Assembly: GCA_945870025.1 (NCBI GenBank)
Contig: CAMBQN010000002.1
Coordinates: 6,994-70,993, forward strand
Source of the DNA: Akkermansia muciniphila
GTDB lineage: Bacteria; Verrucomicrobiota; Kiritimatiellia; RFP12; JAAYNR01
Length of the DNA stretch: 64,000 bases
Direction: 5' to 3'
Positions 40,768-53,297 of this stretch are shown one piece after another. Every line of letters starts with the position of its first letter. Positions within the stretch are counted from its first letter, which is position 1. The position numbers and the translations under genes are program-made. The notes under the pieces were generated by a model that was given only the letters and a program-made list of their open reading frames with translations, was not told where the DNA came from and made no database searches.

Positions 40768-40830
40768 GGGGGAAAGTGTACGCCTCGCGCTGCGAGGTGT
40801 CAAGGGAAGCGCCATTCTCACTATGGCCTC

Positions 40831-42477
40831 TCAGCCCAGTCCGAGTCCCGCAACCTCCAGACGATGAACCCCTTTCGGACGGTAATGCAGACGGTTGCTG
40901 ATTCCCATGAGTTCGGAACAGAGATAGATGATGCTCAGCCACATTTCTGTGCCCTGCAGTCCCGGCGTGAAACCTGGTCGTGAGGCATCCTGCTCCAGCT
41001 CAAAACTGAACCCCTGATGCTCCACCCATTTTGAGATCGCCCGCTTCAGATGACGGGAAGCGACCTCCTGGATTTCAGCGCTTCTGTAGTCCGTCTGCTT
41101 GCCGATGAGCCAGAGGGGGTGAATGATGTCGAGCGTCATGCACGCGTTGCCGCAGTCTTCACGGAAGATCGTGGTATTCCGTGTATGCGCCAACACCGAA
41201 TCAACGGCCTCCTTCACGCACGGCAGCGGTTTTCCAAATTGGGCATAGGTGCCCCGAGTCAGCCGATAAAAGCCATTGACGGGCTGAACCCATTTTTCTT
41301 CCGGTGTGGGTTTGCCCCAAAGGCCCAGAATAGGGTCCACATGCGTCGCGAGCCAGCCCCAGAGCGGCTCGAGCCTTTTTCGGGAATGAAAATATTTTGC
41401 ATTGAAATAGGCGCCCGTTCCAAAAGCATCCAACCAGTCACCGGCCCCCCAGGCGTTCGTCTCCCAGTTCAGGGCGTCAAGGGCCTGGAGCAGGCTATCG
41501 GTATCCATGTTCTCAACCGCGCTCACCGGATAGCGCAGATGGGATCCGAGCGTTTCCAGTGCATACCCGACAGCCAGAATCGGATAGCGGAAGGCCTGGT
41601 GTTCAAACGTGGGGCGCCTGTCGGAAGGGAGACCGGGCCCCATGAAAAGACCGCTGTTTTTGTCCTGCGTGTCCTGCAAGGTTTCGATCAGCCGTTCCCG
41701 GGGCTGCACCGGCGGGAGCATTCCGAACATAGCCATGATCTCAACGGCATCACAGAGCGGACGGAGTTCGGCTTTTCCGCCAGGCGTGTCGACGTAATTC
41801 TTCCCGTCCGACGATTCGCATCGCTTCAGCACGGCCGGAAGCTGGGTTCTTACCGTCTCTTCAAACTGTTCCAGGATTCCTTCCCAGCCGGAACCGCTGT
41901 TCTTCTGTTTCCTGGAAGCCCGGCGGTCACGGATGACCCGAGCAGGATTGCCTCCCACAATGGCGTATTCCGGAACATCGCGAGTCACCACCGCCCCGGC
42001 CGCCAGAATGGCGTGGCTGCCGACGGTCACACCGTCGAGCACCACCACATGCGCGCCCACCCAGACATCGTCGCCAATCGTGATTCCTTCTATCGTGACC
42101 CGTTGTTTGTGAACCGGAATGGAAAGGTCATCAAAGGAGTGATTCGCTCCGGCCAGTGTTACCAGAGAGGCCACGCGAACGCCATTTCCAAGAATTACTT
42201 TTCCATGGATGCTGGTAAACGGATTGATGGAGCAGTCTTCGCCGATGGAAAGCTCACCGCGAACCAAGGCATGGGCCGCAATATAACTGCGCGCCCCGAT
42301 CTTCAGCTTTTCCGCAAAGACCCGTGCCTTCGGTGAAATAAAGGCTTCAGGGCTGATTTCAGCTTCGTATTCCGATGCCAATCGTGCGTGTAGCGCGTTC
42401 TGTTCCTGCTGTACTTCAGGGGAAAAAGGGAACCCCGTCCAGGGGAGATAATCGAGCTCTCGAGATTCGGTGCTCAT
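40831..42477 (-). CDS. Hexapeptide-repeat (LbH) acyltransferase fused to a large uncharacterised C-terminal domain
   Basis: IGDDVWVGAHVVVLDGVTVGSHAILAAGAVVTRDVP...GNPARV. C-terminal NAWGAGDW, VNGFYRLTRGTY, NAC..LD..HPLW, GLQGTEMWL. Confidence 0.8.
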   Translation of the reverse strand: MSTESRELDYLPWTGFPFSPEVQQEQNALHARLASEYEAEISPEAFISPKARVFAEKLKIGARSYIAAHALVRGELSIGEDCSINPFTSIHGKVILGNGVRVASLVTLAGANHSFDDLSIPVHKQRVTIEGITIGDDVWVGAHVVVLDGVTVGSHAILAAGAVVTRDVPEYAIVGGNPARVIRDRRASRKQKNSGSGWEGILEQFEETVRTQLPAVLKRCESSDGKNYVDTPGGKAELRPLCDAVEIMAMFGMLPPVQPRERLIETLQDTQDKNSGLFMGPGLPSDRRPTFEHQAFRYPILAVGYALETLGSHLRYPVSAVENMDTDSLLQALDALNWETNAWGAGDWLDAFGTGAYFNAKYFHSRKRLEPLWGWLATHVDPILGLWGKPTPEEKWVQPVNGFYRLTRGTYAQFGKPLPCVKEAVDSVLAHTRNTTIFREDCGNACMTLDIIHPLWLIGKQTDYRSAEIQEVASRHLKRAISKWVEHQGFSFELEQDASRPGFTPGLQGTEMWLSIIYLCSELMGISNRLHYRPKGVHRLEVAGLGLG

Positions 42478-42497
42478 GCGGGATTCCCATGCCGATT

Positions 42498-43583
42498 CTA
42501 TAAGCGGCTGACGATGGAACTGGCTCGTTCGAAGAACCAGGTGAGCGTATCGTGCTCCACTTCCGGCGGGATCGAATGGTCGGAGTGGACGATGTACCCG
42601 CTGCCGGCTTTCAGGACCGGGATGATCTTGCGGTTGATTTCTTCCTCGATCTGCGCCCGGTCATTGCTTCCGATGATGCGGATGTCGATGCCGCCGCAGA
42701 AAGCAATCTTGTCGCCGAACATGGCCGCCAGCCGCGGCAAGTCCATGCCGGCTTTGACCTCCATGGCCTGCAGGCAGTCCATGCCGGCCCGGATCAGGCC
42801 CGGCACCAGCGGCTCCACAAAGCCGCAAGAATGCACGAGCACCTTCATGCCCCGTGCATGCGCGTCGTCAAAGAGGAGCTTGTGGCCAGGCTCGACCAGT
42901 TCCTGATACATGGCCGGAGACATGAAGGGCTTGTCCTTGAACCCCATGTCCTCGTAGTACCACATGAAATCGGGCGCCCCTTCCTCGGCGAAGAGCACGG
43001 CCTGATGCATGAGTGTCATCTTGGCGAAGGTCATCACCATGTCCAGAACCCATTCGGGGTCGAGCGCCATGCCCATGAGCATGTACTCATGGCCGCAGAC
43101 GGGGTGCATCTGTTCGAAGGGCGCCACGCCGGACCAGCAGAACGCGCGCCCCTCGGCCGCCGCCCGCGCCTTCTCGTGGCGATACCCCTCGAAGTTGATG
43201 CGGCGCCGGTCCACCGTGAGCAGGTGCGGCTTGATCAAATCCTCCCATGCGGGCCGTTCCTTGACCTTGAAATCCACATGCTCCGGCGTTCCGCTTTTTG
43301 CCTTAAACCAACGCAACGTGGCGCCGTTGCCATTGATGACCAGCTTGGTCTCTTCTGTTTCCTCCAGTAGCTGATCCTGGAAGTCCAGATCGGCCGTGCT
43401 GTTGAGCCAGCCGCCCCCGCGCCAGCTCATGTCAAAGTGCGTGCAGACATCCTCGTCCTTCTGCAGCTTGCCTTGCTCGAGGTATTTCTGATGGGTTTCG
43501 CCCCACAGGCCATCCCCATGCGGGAGTTCATCTACGGATTTGCGACTCAAGGCGTTCAGCATGCGTTCTTTGTGTGTCATCAT
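42498..43583 (-). CDS. URO-D/MtaA-like family protein
   Basis: MTHKERML, APFE, YEDMG, MSPAMY, VHSCG, GGID, HSDHSIPP. Confidence 0.88.
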   Translation of the reverse strand: MMTHKERMLNALSRKSVDELPHGDGLWGETHQKYLEQGKLQKDEDVCTHFDMSWRGGGWLNSTADLDFQDQLLEETEETKLVINGNGATLRWFKAKSGTPEHVDFKVKERPAWEDLIKPHLLTVDRRRINFEGYRHEKARAAAEGRAFCWSGVAPFEQMHPVCGHEYMLMGMALDPEWVLDMVMTFAKMTLMHQAVLFAEEGAPDFMWYYEDMGFKDKPFMSPAMYQELVEPGHKLLFDDAHARGMKVLVHSCGFVEPLVPGLIRAGMDCLQAMEVKAGMDLPRLAAMFGDKIAFCGGIDIRIIGSNDRAQIEEEINRKIIPVLKAGSGYIVHSDHSIPPEVEHDTLTWFFERASSIVSRL

Positions 43584-43626
43584 GTGGGTACTCTCCTATT
43601 TCAGCTTTCCGTTTTCCGTGTTCTCT

Positions 43627-44535
43627 TCACGCCTGGGGGTTCGGCACAAAGACACCGCCTCTGCATTGCTTGAGGTAGTTCAGCGCGTGGACCTGACCCG
43701 TCATTTCCAGATCGTCGCGATAGACGGGGTCGTGCCATCCCTCGATGTCGATCGATCCCTTGAATCCGGCCCGGCGGAGATCGCTGATGATGTCGGTCCA
43801 GTTGCTGTCGCCAAATCCCGGCGTGCGGTGGAAGGCGAACGGATCCTTCCCGTAGACGCCGTGCTTCTGCACCACGTCGCGCAGGATCGTGGCATCCTTG
43901 CCATGCACGTGGAAGATCCGGCTGGCCCACTGGCGCAGTTGTGGCATGGGGTCAATCAATGCGACCATCTGATGACAGGGCTCCCACTCCAGGCCGACGT
44001 TGGCAGCCGGCACGGCATCGAACATCAGTTGCCAGGCATCGGGATTGTGCGCGATGTTCCAGTCTCCACTGGCCCACGTGCCGCCCATGCTGCAGTTTTC
44101 AAAGGCCAGCCGGACGCCCTTATCCGCCGCACGCCGGGCCAGTTCCCCGAAGACCTGCTTGAAGCGCGGAATAGAATCCTGGATGGGCTTGCCGCGGATC
44201 CGGCCTGTGAATCCGGCCACAACGTCGGTGCCGAACAGGTGCGCGTGGTTGATCAGCGCCGTCCATCCCTTGCGGCTTTCCTTGTCCTTCTCGTCGTTCT
44301 CCAGCGGATTGCCAAAGATGCCGAGGGAGCTGATGACCACATCCCGGTTGCCGATGGCTTCCTTCACGTTCCGGGCAAGCTGCTTCAAGTCGGTGTCACC
44401 GAGTGTTTGCCAGAAGGTCAGCGAGAGGCTCTCAAAGCCGTGCGGCAGGATCTGCCGGATGTATTCCCCTGTATTCTTCCCTCCGCCGACCAGCGTTCCG
44501 ATCCGTATGTCGTGATGATTCTCGTGCGGTGTCAT
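43627..44535 (-). CDS. Sugar phosphate isomerase/epimerase (AP endonuclease 2 TIM barrel)
   Basis: FENC, EWEPCH, HVHGKD, RTPGFGD, DIEGWHD; start MTPHENHH. Confidence 0.87.
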   Translation of the reverse strand: MTPHENHHDIRIGTLVGGGKNTGEYIRQILPHGFESLSLTFWQTLGDTDLKQLARNVKEAIGNRDVVISSLGIFGNPLENDEKDKESRKGWTALINHAHLFGTDVVAGFTGRIRGKPIQDSIPRFKQVFGELARRAADKGVRLAFENCSMGGTWASGDWNIAHNPDAWQLMFDAVPAANVGLEWEPCHQMVALIDPMPQLRQWASRIFHVHGKDATILRDVVQKHGVYGKDPFAFHRTPGFGDSNWTDIISDLRRAGFKGSIDIEGWHDPVYRDDLEMTGQVHALNYLKQCRGGVFVPNPQA

Positions 44536-44551
44536 ATCCCTGTTCCCTTTT

Positions 44552-45589
44552 CTATCCTTTGACCTTGACCTCGCGGCCCTTTTCCGCGCTTTCGATGGCC
44601 GCAAAGACCATGGACAGACTCTTGATGTTGTCACTGGAGGTGGTCTCAGGCGTGACGCCTTCCCGCAGACAGCGAACGAACTCCGCGATCTGGCCGCCGT
44701 GTCCGATCGGCTTCGTTGCGTCCGCAAAAGGCAAAGGGGCGATGTCCTCCACCTGGCTGAAAGGCGTTGCGCCCTTTGTGACCGCCTGCGCCTGGAAGCC
44801 ACGGTAGCCGTCCCATCTCAAGCTACCGCGCGTTCCGATGCCATGCCAGACGCTTTCCCATGAGGTGGCCAATCCTTCCGAGCACCAACTGCCCCGGTAG
44901 GTATAGATCACCCCGTTGCTCATCGTGAACACGGCAATCGCCGAGGCGCCATGGGCATACCACGAGCCGGCCGGGTTCCACTCCTTGCAGTAGACCGACA
45001 CCGGGTCTCCGCCGCACAGCAGGCGCGCGGCATCGAAGGTGTGGATGGCCATGTCGAGCAAGAGCACATGCTGCATCTGCTCCCGGAAGCCGCCGAAGTG
45101 GGCGCCAATGAAGAAATCGGAACTCAGCGTGGTTAGCGGCCCCAGCCGCTCGGAGGCGATCAGATCGCGCACGACCCGGATCTCCGGAAGGTAGCGGCGA
45201 TTCTGCATCACCGCATGCGTGCGACCGGCCTTGGCCGCCGCCCGCACCATGCGCCGGGCAGCGGTCATCGAGTCGGCCAACGGTTTTTCCCCGAGCACCT
45301 GGCAGCCGTGCCGGAACGACTCCAGCGCAACCGCGGCATGCGCTTCGGGCACGGTGCAATCGAAGACGATGTCCGGCTTGGTCTTCTTCAATACTTTCCG
45401 GAGATCCGTCCCGACCACGGCCGATTCCAGATGGAATTGCTCGGCCCGCTTACGGGCGCTCTCCTCCACCCGGTCAACCAGACCCACGATCTGAAGTTCG
45501 GGCATGGACGCCACCGGCTTGAGCCAGGCTTCGCTGATGCCGCCGCAACCAACAAGAACCACACGAAAGGGATGATTCATATTCCTCAT
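44552..45589 (-). CDS. Gfo/Idh/MocA oxidoreductase
   Basis: [24 protein letters not shown]. Confidence 0.92.
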   Translation of the reverse strand: MRNMNHPFRVVLVGCGGISEAWLKPVASMPELQIVGLVDRVEESARKRAEQFHLESAVVGTDLRKVLKKTKPDIVFDCTVPEAHAAVALESFRHGCQVLGEKPLADSMTAARRMVRAAAKAGRTHAVMQNRRYLPEIRVVRDLIASERLGPLTTLSSDFFIGAHFGGFREQMQHVLLLDMAIHTFDAARLLCGGDPVSVYCKEWNPAGSWYAHGASAIAVFTMSNGVIYTYRGSWCSEGLATSWESVWHGIGTRGSLRWDGYRGFQAQAVTKGATPFSQVEDIAPLPFADATKPIGHGGQIAEFVRCLREGVTPETTSSDNIKSLSMVFAAIESAEKGREVKVKG

Positions 45590-46581
45590 TTTTTTTCGAA
45601 GGCGGCATCAAAGGCCGCCCGGGACGGCATGAAGTCGAGCTGCTTGACAAACGCGCAGGCTTCGCGGGCGCCATCCTCGCGGTCCATCCCGCTGTCTTCC
45701 CACTCCACGGAAAGCGGGCCGCTGTAGCCGATCGCATTCAGCGCGCGGATGATCCGCTCGAAGTCCACGTTGCCGCGGCCCAGTGACCGAAAATCCCAGA
45801 ACCGCCGCGCATCGCCGAAGGTCAGATGTCCGCCGAACACGCCGGACAGGCCCGGCGTCTGGCGCCATGCCACGTCCTTCATGTGGACATGGAAGATGCG
45901 GTCGCGGAACCGTTCGATGAACGCCACGTAGTCCACGCCCTGATAGCCGAGGTGACTCGGGTCGTAGTTAAACCCGAAGGCCGGATGGCCGTCGACCGCC
46001 TCAAGGGCGCGCTCGGCCGAGACGATGTCGAAAGCGATTTCCGTGGGATGGACCTCCAGCGCGAACTTCACGCCGAGTTTCTGGTACTCGTCCAGAATCG
46101 GTTTCCACCGCTTGCCAAAGTCTTGGTAGCCCGCATCGATCATCGCCGGCGAGACCGGCGGGAAGGCATAGAGCAGGGGCCAGATCGAACTTCCGGTAAA
46201 GCCGTTGACCACGCTCACGCCCAGCCGCTTCGCGGCCTTCGCCGTCTGGATCACGTCTTTGGCCGCGCGCCGGCGCACCCCTTCCGGATTGCCGTCACCC
46301 CAGATGTGCGGCGGGAGAATGGTCTTGTGCCGTTCGTCGATCCGGTCGCAGACCGCCTGGCTCACGAGGTGCGTGCTGATCGAGAACAGCTTGAGTCCGT
46401 GCTGTTCCAGCAGTGCGCGCTTGGCCTTGCAATAGGCGGCATCCGCTTTCTCGACCTCAAAATGGTCGCCCCAGCAGGCCAACTCAAGGCCATCGTAGCC
46501 GAGCGCCTTTGCCTTTTGGCAAAGCGTCTCCAGTTTCAAATCCGCCCATTGCCCTGTAAATAACGTAACCGGTCTAGCCAT
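45586..46581 (-). CDS. Sugar phosphate isomerase/epimerase (AP endonuclease 2 TIM barrel)
   Basis: [42 protein letters not shown]. Confidence 0.9.
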   Translation of the reverse strand: MARPVTLFTGQWADLKLETLCQKAKALGYDGLELACWGDHFEVEKADAAYCKAKRALLEQHGLKLFSISTHLVSQAVCDRIDERHKTILPPHIWGDGNPEGVRRRAAKDVIQTAKAAKRLGVSVVNGFTGSSIWPLLYAFPPVSPAMIDAGYQDFGKRWKPILDEYQKLGVKFALEVHPTEIAFDIVSAERALEAVDGHPAFGFNYDPSHLGYQGVDYVAFIERFRDRIFHVHMKDVAWRQTPGLSGVFGGHLTFGDARRFWDFRSLGRGNVDFERIIRALNAIGYSGPLSVEWEDSGMDREDGAREACAFVKQLDFMPSRAAFDAAFEKK

Positions 46582-46608
46582 GACAGTATCCTCCTCTTTG
46601 AGCCGGGC

Positions 46609-47778
46609 TTACAGCGCCGGCATTTTTGTCCATTTCTGATTGCTCTTCGAACTCTTGACCACCGTTTCGATAAACGCCATGCCGCGCACGCCATCCTCCA
46701 CGGTCGGGAAATCCAGAGCTGCGGCCGGCACCTTCTTCCCGGCCTGCGCCAGCGCCACGGCCGCTGCGAAGCTGCGGTAGAGATTCGCGAATGCCTCCAG
46801 GTACCCTTCCGGGTGACCGGCCGGCAGGCGTGTAGCCTTGAGCGCGGGGGCCGAGAGGAAGCCATAGCCGCCACCCGTGCGCAGGATCTGCCGTGGACGG
46901 TCCGGCCACTTGAGGATCAGCGTGTTGGGATCCTCCTGATGCCATTCGAGGCCGCCTTTCTCGCCATAGATTCGGATCGCCAACGCGTTCTCCTCGTCAA
47001 TCGAAATCTGGCTGGTGCTGAGAATGCCACGGGCGCCGCCCGTGAAGCGCAGCAGCACGTTGCCGTCGTCTTCCAGCTTCCGCCCCGTGACGAAGGTGGT
47101 CAGCTCGGCGCAGACGGACTCGATCTGCAGCCCGGTGATGTACTCTGCCAGGTTTTCCGCGTGCGAACCAATGTCGCCGATGCAGCAACTCGCGCCAGCG
47201 CGCGTGGGATCGGTCCGCCAGTCGGCCTGCTTCTGGCCGGTCGCCTCCAGCAGCGAAGCCAGCCACCCTTGCGGGTATTCGGCCACGATCTTGCGGATCT
47301 TTCCCAGTTGGCCGGAGCGCACCCGTTCGCGGGCTTCCTTGACCATGGGGTAGCCGGTGTAGTTGTGGGTCAGCGCGAAGATCAGTCCGGTTTTACGCAC
47401 CAGAGCCGCCAGGGCGCGGGCCTCCTTGAGGTTGAACGCCAGCGGCTTGTCGCAGATCACATGGACGCCGTGCTCCAGCGCCAGCTTCGCCACGGGATAG
47501 TGCATGTGGTTGGGCGTGACGATGCTCACGCAATCCATGCGTTCACCTTCCGGCAGTTCCTTCTCCCGCTTGAACATCTCGGCGTATGAACCGTAGACCC
47601 GGTTGGCCGGCAGGAACAGATCCGCGCCCGACGCCTGGGACTTGGCCGGATCGGCGCTGAACGCACCGCAGACCAGCTCAATCTGTCCATCCAACTGAGC
47701 GGCCATGCGGTGTACCGCGCCGATAAACGCCCCGCGTCCGCCGCCGACCATACCCATTCGTATCTTGCGAACTGCCAT
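46609..47778 (-). CDS. Gfo/Idh/MocA oxidoreductase
   Basis: MGMVGGGRGAFIGAVHR, TPNHMH, CDKP, DIGSHA, PAGHPEGYLEAFAN. Confidence 0.92.
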   Translation of the reverse strand: MAVRKIRMGMVGGGRGAFIGAVHRMAAQLDGQIELVCGAFSADPAKSQASGADLFLPANRVYGSYAEMFKREKELPEGERMDCVSIVTPNHMHYPVAKLALEHGVHVICDKPLAFNLKEARALAALVRKTGLIFALTHNYTGYPMVKEARERVRSGQLGKIRKIVAEYPQGWLASLLEATGQKQADWRTDPTRAGASCCIGDIGSHAENLAEYITGLQIESVCAELTTFVTGRKLEDDGNVLLRFTGGARGILSTSQISIDEENALAIRIYGEKGGLEWHQEDPNTLILKWPDRPRQILRTGGGYGFLSAPALKATRLPAGHPEGYLEAFANLYRSFAAAVALAQAGKKVPAAALDFPTVEDGVRGMAFIETVVKSSKSNQKWTKMPAL

Positions 47779-47789
47779 ACCTATCTCCC

Positions 47790-48821
47790 TTACTTGTACT
47801 TCGCCTTCATGGCTTTCCCTGCCTTGGCGCTCTGGCAGGCCAGATCGATGATATGGATCGGCCGGCGCGACCACTCCGGCGTGATTACCAGTTTGGCCCC
47901 CTTGACCAGATGATTCGCGATGTTCTGGTAAAAAAGGTGTCCCTTCGACGGAGGCGTGGGGATCTGCGTGGTGACCCGTTTGTCGCCATCCAGCGTCGTG
48001 ATCTCGGTATTCCACCAGTCCGGCGTCAGGGTTCCTTGGGTGCCGACCACCTTGAACCACGGCTGGTTGGGGCGGGCATCCAGCGAGGTGATTTGGATCG
48101 TCGCCCAGGCGCCGCTCGTGAAGCGGATCACGATCTGCCCGTCGTCCTCAATAGTGTCCTTCTTCCACTGCGTCTGTCCGGCCCAGACGCCGTTCCAGGT
48201 GAAGCCGCTGACCTCGGCGATATCGGAGTCGACCATCTGCAGGATGTATTCGCAGAGGTGCACGCCCCAGTCGTACAGGATCCCGCCGGAGATGGACTTG
48301 CTGGAGCGCCACCAGTCGCCCGGCTTGGCGAGCCGCCCCATCTCCATCTCGATGCGCACCACGTCGCCAATGGCGCCGGAGCGGATTTGTTCCAGAGCGC
48401 CGAGGATGATGCCGTCCCAGTGCCGGTTGTGGTAGGTCGAGAGGACCACCTTTGACTTTTTGGCGGCCGCGATCATCGCGTCACACTCCGCCGTGGTCAC
48501 GGCCATGGGCTTCTCCGCCACGACATGTCGGCCGGCCTTCAGGCACTTCATCGCCAGCGGCGCATGCGTGTTGTGCGGCGTAATCAGCGTCACGAGGTTC
48601 ACGGACGACTTTCGCAGCATCTCGTCCACGGTCCGGTAGGTCTCGATTCCGGGGAACTCCTTCGCCGCCACGGCCAGACGCTCCGGGTCGATTTCCGCCA
48701 CGGCCCGCGGCGTCATGCCGGCCGCCTGCATCTCGTTGAAATGGGCGCGTCCCATGTTGAACGCCCCGCCGTATCCGACCACACCGACCTGGATTTCACC
48801 GGCCTTCGAAAACGATTTCAT
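47790..48821 (-). CDS. Gfo/Idh/MocA oxidoreductase
   Basis: VGYGGAF, TPHNTH, AEKP, HNRHWD, YDWGVH. Confidence 0.92.
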   Translation of the reverse strand: MKSFSKAGEIQVGVVGYGGAFNMGRAHFNEMQAAGMTPRAVAEIDPERLAVAAKEFPGIETYRTVDEMLRKSSVNLVTLITPHNTHAPLAMKCLKAGRHVVAEKPMAVTTAECDAMIAAAKKSKVVLSTYHNRHWDGIILGALEQIRSGAIGDVVRIEMEMGRLAKPGDWWRSSKSISGGILYDWGVHLCEYILQMVDSDIAEVSGFTWNGVWAGQTQWKKDTIEDDGQIVIRFTSGAWATIQITSLDARPNQPWFKVVGTQGTLTPDWWNTEITTLDGDKRVTTQIPTPPSKGHLFYQNIANHLVKGAKLVITPEWSRRPIHIIDLACQSAKAGKAMKAKYK

Positions 48822-48919
48822 TCGTCACTCCTTCGCGTGTTGCTGGCACATGCCGACCCGAACAGTGGCGTACATGATAAACCGGAAACGCGCGTTCGTC
48901 CATGCGAATCGGCTCCTAT

Positions 48920-49070
48920 CAGCGATTCCGAATTATGGAGAGGGGACCATCGGCGTCGGGGTCGGGGTCGGTATCGGTATCGATAAAACCAACGGACATT
49001 CGACCCCGATTCCGATACCGACCCCGACCCCGACCCCGATGACTCAATCGCCTCATAATTAGAATGGCTG
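48920..49070. mobile_element. MITE/REPIN-like palindromic element (copy A)
   Basis: Ends CAGCGATTCCGAATTATG and CATAATTAGAATGGCTG flank (RTCGGN)n arms and their inverted complements. Confidence 0.7.
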
Positions 49071-49072
49071 GC

Positions 49073-51406
<2,334 letters not shown>

Positions 51407-53170
51407 TCAATCGGCTGATCCCGGTTCATCGGCGGCGAGGAGGGTCAGGACAGGGGCGAGGGATCCGGCGGCGGCAGCAAGCCGACGGGCATCCTCGCGG
51501 TTGCCGGTTTCCAGCAGGCGAAAACAGACCGAAGCCGCCTGTTGGGGTGCCAGACGGGGTCCGAGGAGGCGAATCTTCTCGGCGTCGGGAATGCCAGCGA
51601 TCTTGACCGTGACGTGGCGCTTCTGATCGGTAACAAAGAAGAGCACCTCCCCATTGGCGATCGTCTTCGGAACCACCTGGCGGGTTTTGCCCTGATAATT
51701 CAGAACCATCTCGGTATCGATCACCTGTTCGAGGGCGTGAACCACGAGGCGGTCGAAGGGTTCGACGGCGGCGAGAGCCTCCTGCAAGGCTTTGAATCCA
51801 AAGTGCGTGTGGCCTGCGGCGAGCCGGGCGGTGACGAGGGTCTGCATCGCGGCGATGCCCCCGGTTTTATAGGCATCGGCCAGCGCACGTTGGAGTGCGG
51901 CGTCGGGCGGCGCGTCGGTCGAGCGCGTCTCAAAGATGCGGATCGTCGGCGGAGGGGGTGTGACCGGCTGTGGTTTGGGCCGGGGCGTGACTTCGGGCAG
52001 GCGCGCGACGGGCGGCGCGACGGGCGGCGCGACGCGGGCTTCGGGTTTCGGGTCCGCCGGCTTGCGTCCTGAGATAAATGGGGTGGAGGGGACAAGCCCG
52101 GTGATCACACTCTGCAGACGCGGAACAAGCCCGGCCGGGTCGCCGAGCCGATCGTTGCCCAGCGCGACGAACCAGAGCGCCAGAAGCATCCAGAGAATCA
52201 AGCGGGAGAAACCGCCGCGGCCGTTGCGACTGTCATGACGATCGGACTTTAGAAAGGCCCGATCTTCAGAAGTCGATGCAACTTTCGAAGACGTGAGGGT
52301 TGAAATCCCCGTGCCCAGCAGCGGGCTGCGCCGGATGGGCTTTCCGGCCAACAGCCGGGTGATGTCGGCGATGACATCGCCCCAGGACGGATAGCGGTTA
52401 TCCGGATCCTTCATGAGCAGCCGTTCGACCAGCGCGCATACGGAGAGCGGGGTGTCCGGCCGACTCTCCCGCAAACTGGGCAATTGGGCCTCAAGCTGGC
52501 TATGCATCACCTGGTCGGGCGGCTGGTCGCCAAAAGGAATGCGGCCGGTGATTCCAAAATAGAGAATCATGCCCAACGCGTACATGTCGGCACGGCAGTC
52601 GATCGGACGGGAACGGGTAATCTGTTCGGGTGCGATGAAATTGGGCGTGCCGACGACCGTGTCCTCGTCGAACGACTCGGTCTCGCTGCCGAGCGTCATG
52701 AGCGTGGCCATGCCGAAGTCGGTCAGCTTGGCCGTGCCGGCCGGGGTGATGCGTATCGCCGTCGGTTTGAGGTTGCGGTGCACGAGCCGGTCATGGGTCC
52801 ACGCTTTGTCGAGCGCGTCTGCCAGATCAAGCGCATACCGAAGCATCTGACTCATCGAACTGCGTTGCGTGGCCTGAATGCGATCCGAAAGGACCTGCCC
52901 GGCCACATCTTCCATGACCACATAATGAACGTCATGCGCGCTGGACACGTCGAAAATCTGGCAAAATGCATCCGCCTTGATACGGGCGATGGCGCGGAAG
53001 ACCGAAACAAACTGCTCGACCTGCCGGGGATCTGCGGCGGCTTCGGGCAACAGCGCCTTGACCATCACATGACGATCGAGCGAACGCTGATAGGCGCGCC
53101 AGGTCGTGGTGTTGCTGGACTCCGAAATCGTTTCAAACGACTCCAGTCCGGGTATATCGGGGAGATACAT
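51407..53170 (-). CDS. Membrane-anchored Hanks-type Ser/Thr kinase-like protein (probable pseudokinase)
   Basis: VMVK, HRNLKPTAI, TDFG, GTPNFIAPEQ, DMYALG; TM helix and Pro-rich linker. Confidence 0.85.
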   Translation of the reverse strand: MYLPDIPGLESFETISESSNTTTWRAYQRSLDRHVMVKALLPEAAADPRQVEQFVSVFRAIARIKADAFCQIFDVSSAHDVHYVVMEDVAGQVLSDRIQATQRSSMSQMLRYALDLADALDKAWTHDRLVHRNLKPTAIRITPAGTAKLTDFGMATLMTLGSETESFDEDTVVGTPNFIAPEQITRSRPIDCRADMYALGMILYFGITGRIPFGDQPPDQVMHSQLEAQLPSLRESRPDTPLSVCALVERLLMKDPDNRYPSWGDVIADITRLLAGKPIRRSPLLGTGISTLTSSKVASTSEDRAFLKSDRHDSRNGRGGFSRLILWMLLALWFVALGNDRLGDPAGLVPRLQSVITGLVPSTPFISGRKPADPKPEARVAPPVAPPVARLPEVTPRPKPQPVTPPPPTIRIFETRSTDAPPDAALQRALADAYKTGGIAAMQTLVTARLAAGHTHFGFKALQEALAAVEPFDRLVVHALEQVIDTEMVLNYQGKTRQVVPKTIANGEVLFFVTDQKRHVTVKIAGIPDAEKIRLLGPRLAPQQAASVCFRLLETGNREDARRLAAAAGSLAPVLTLLAADEPGSAD

Positions 53171-53297
53171 GGTGATAAGATAGCATAAAACCGGATCGGG
53201 CGACAATGGGTAAGGAAGGTAATCGGTTAGAATTGCTGTTGTGTGCCGGCGCGCGACATGCTAACGTAATTCAATGACGTGTGGGGGAGAAACGGGG

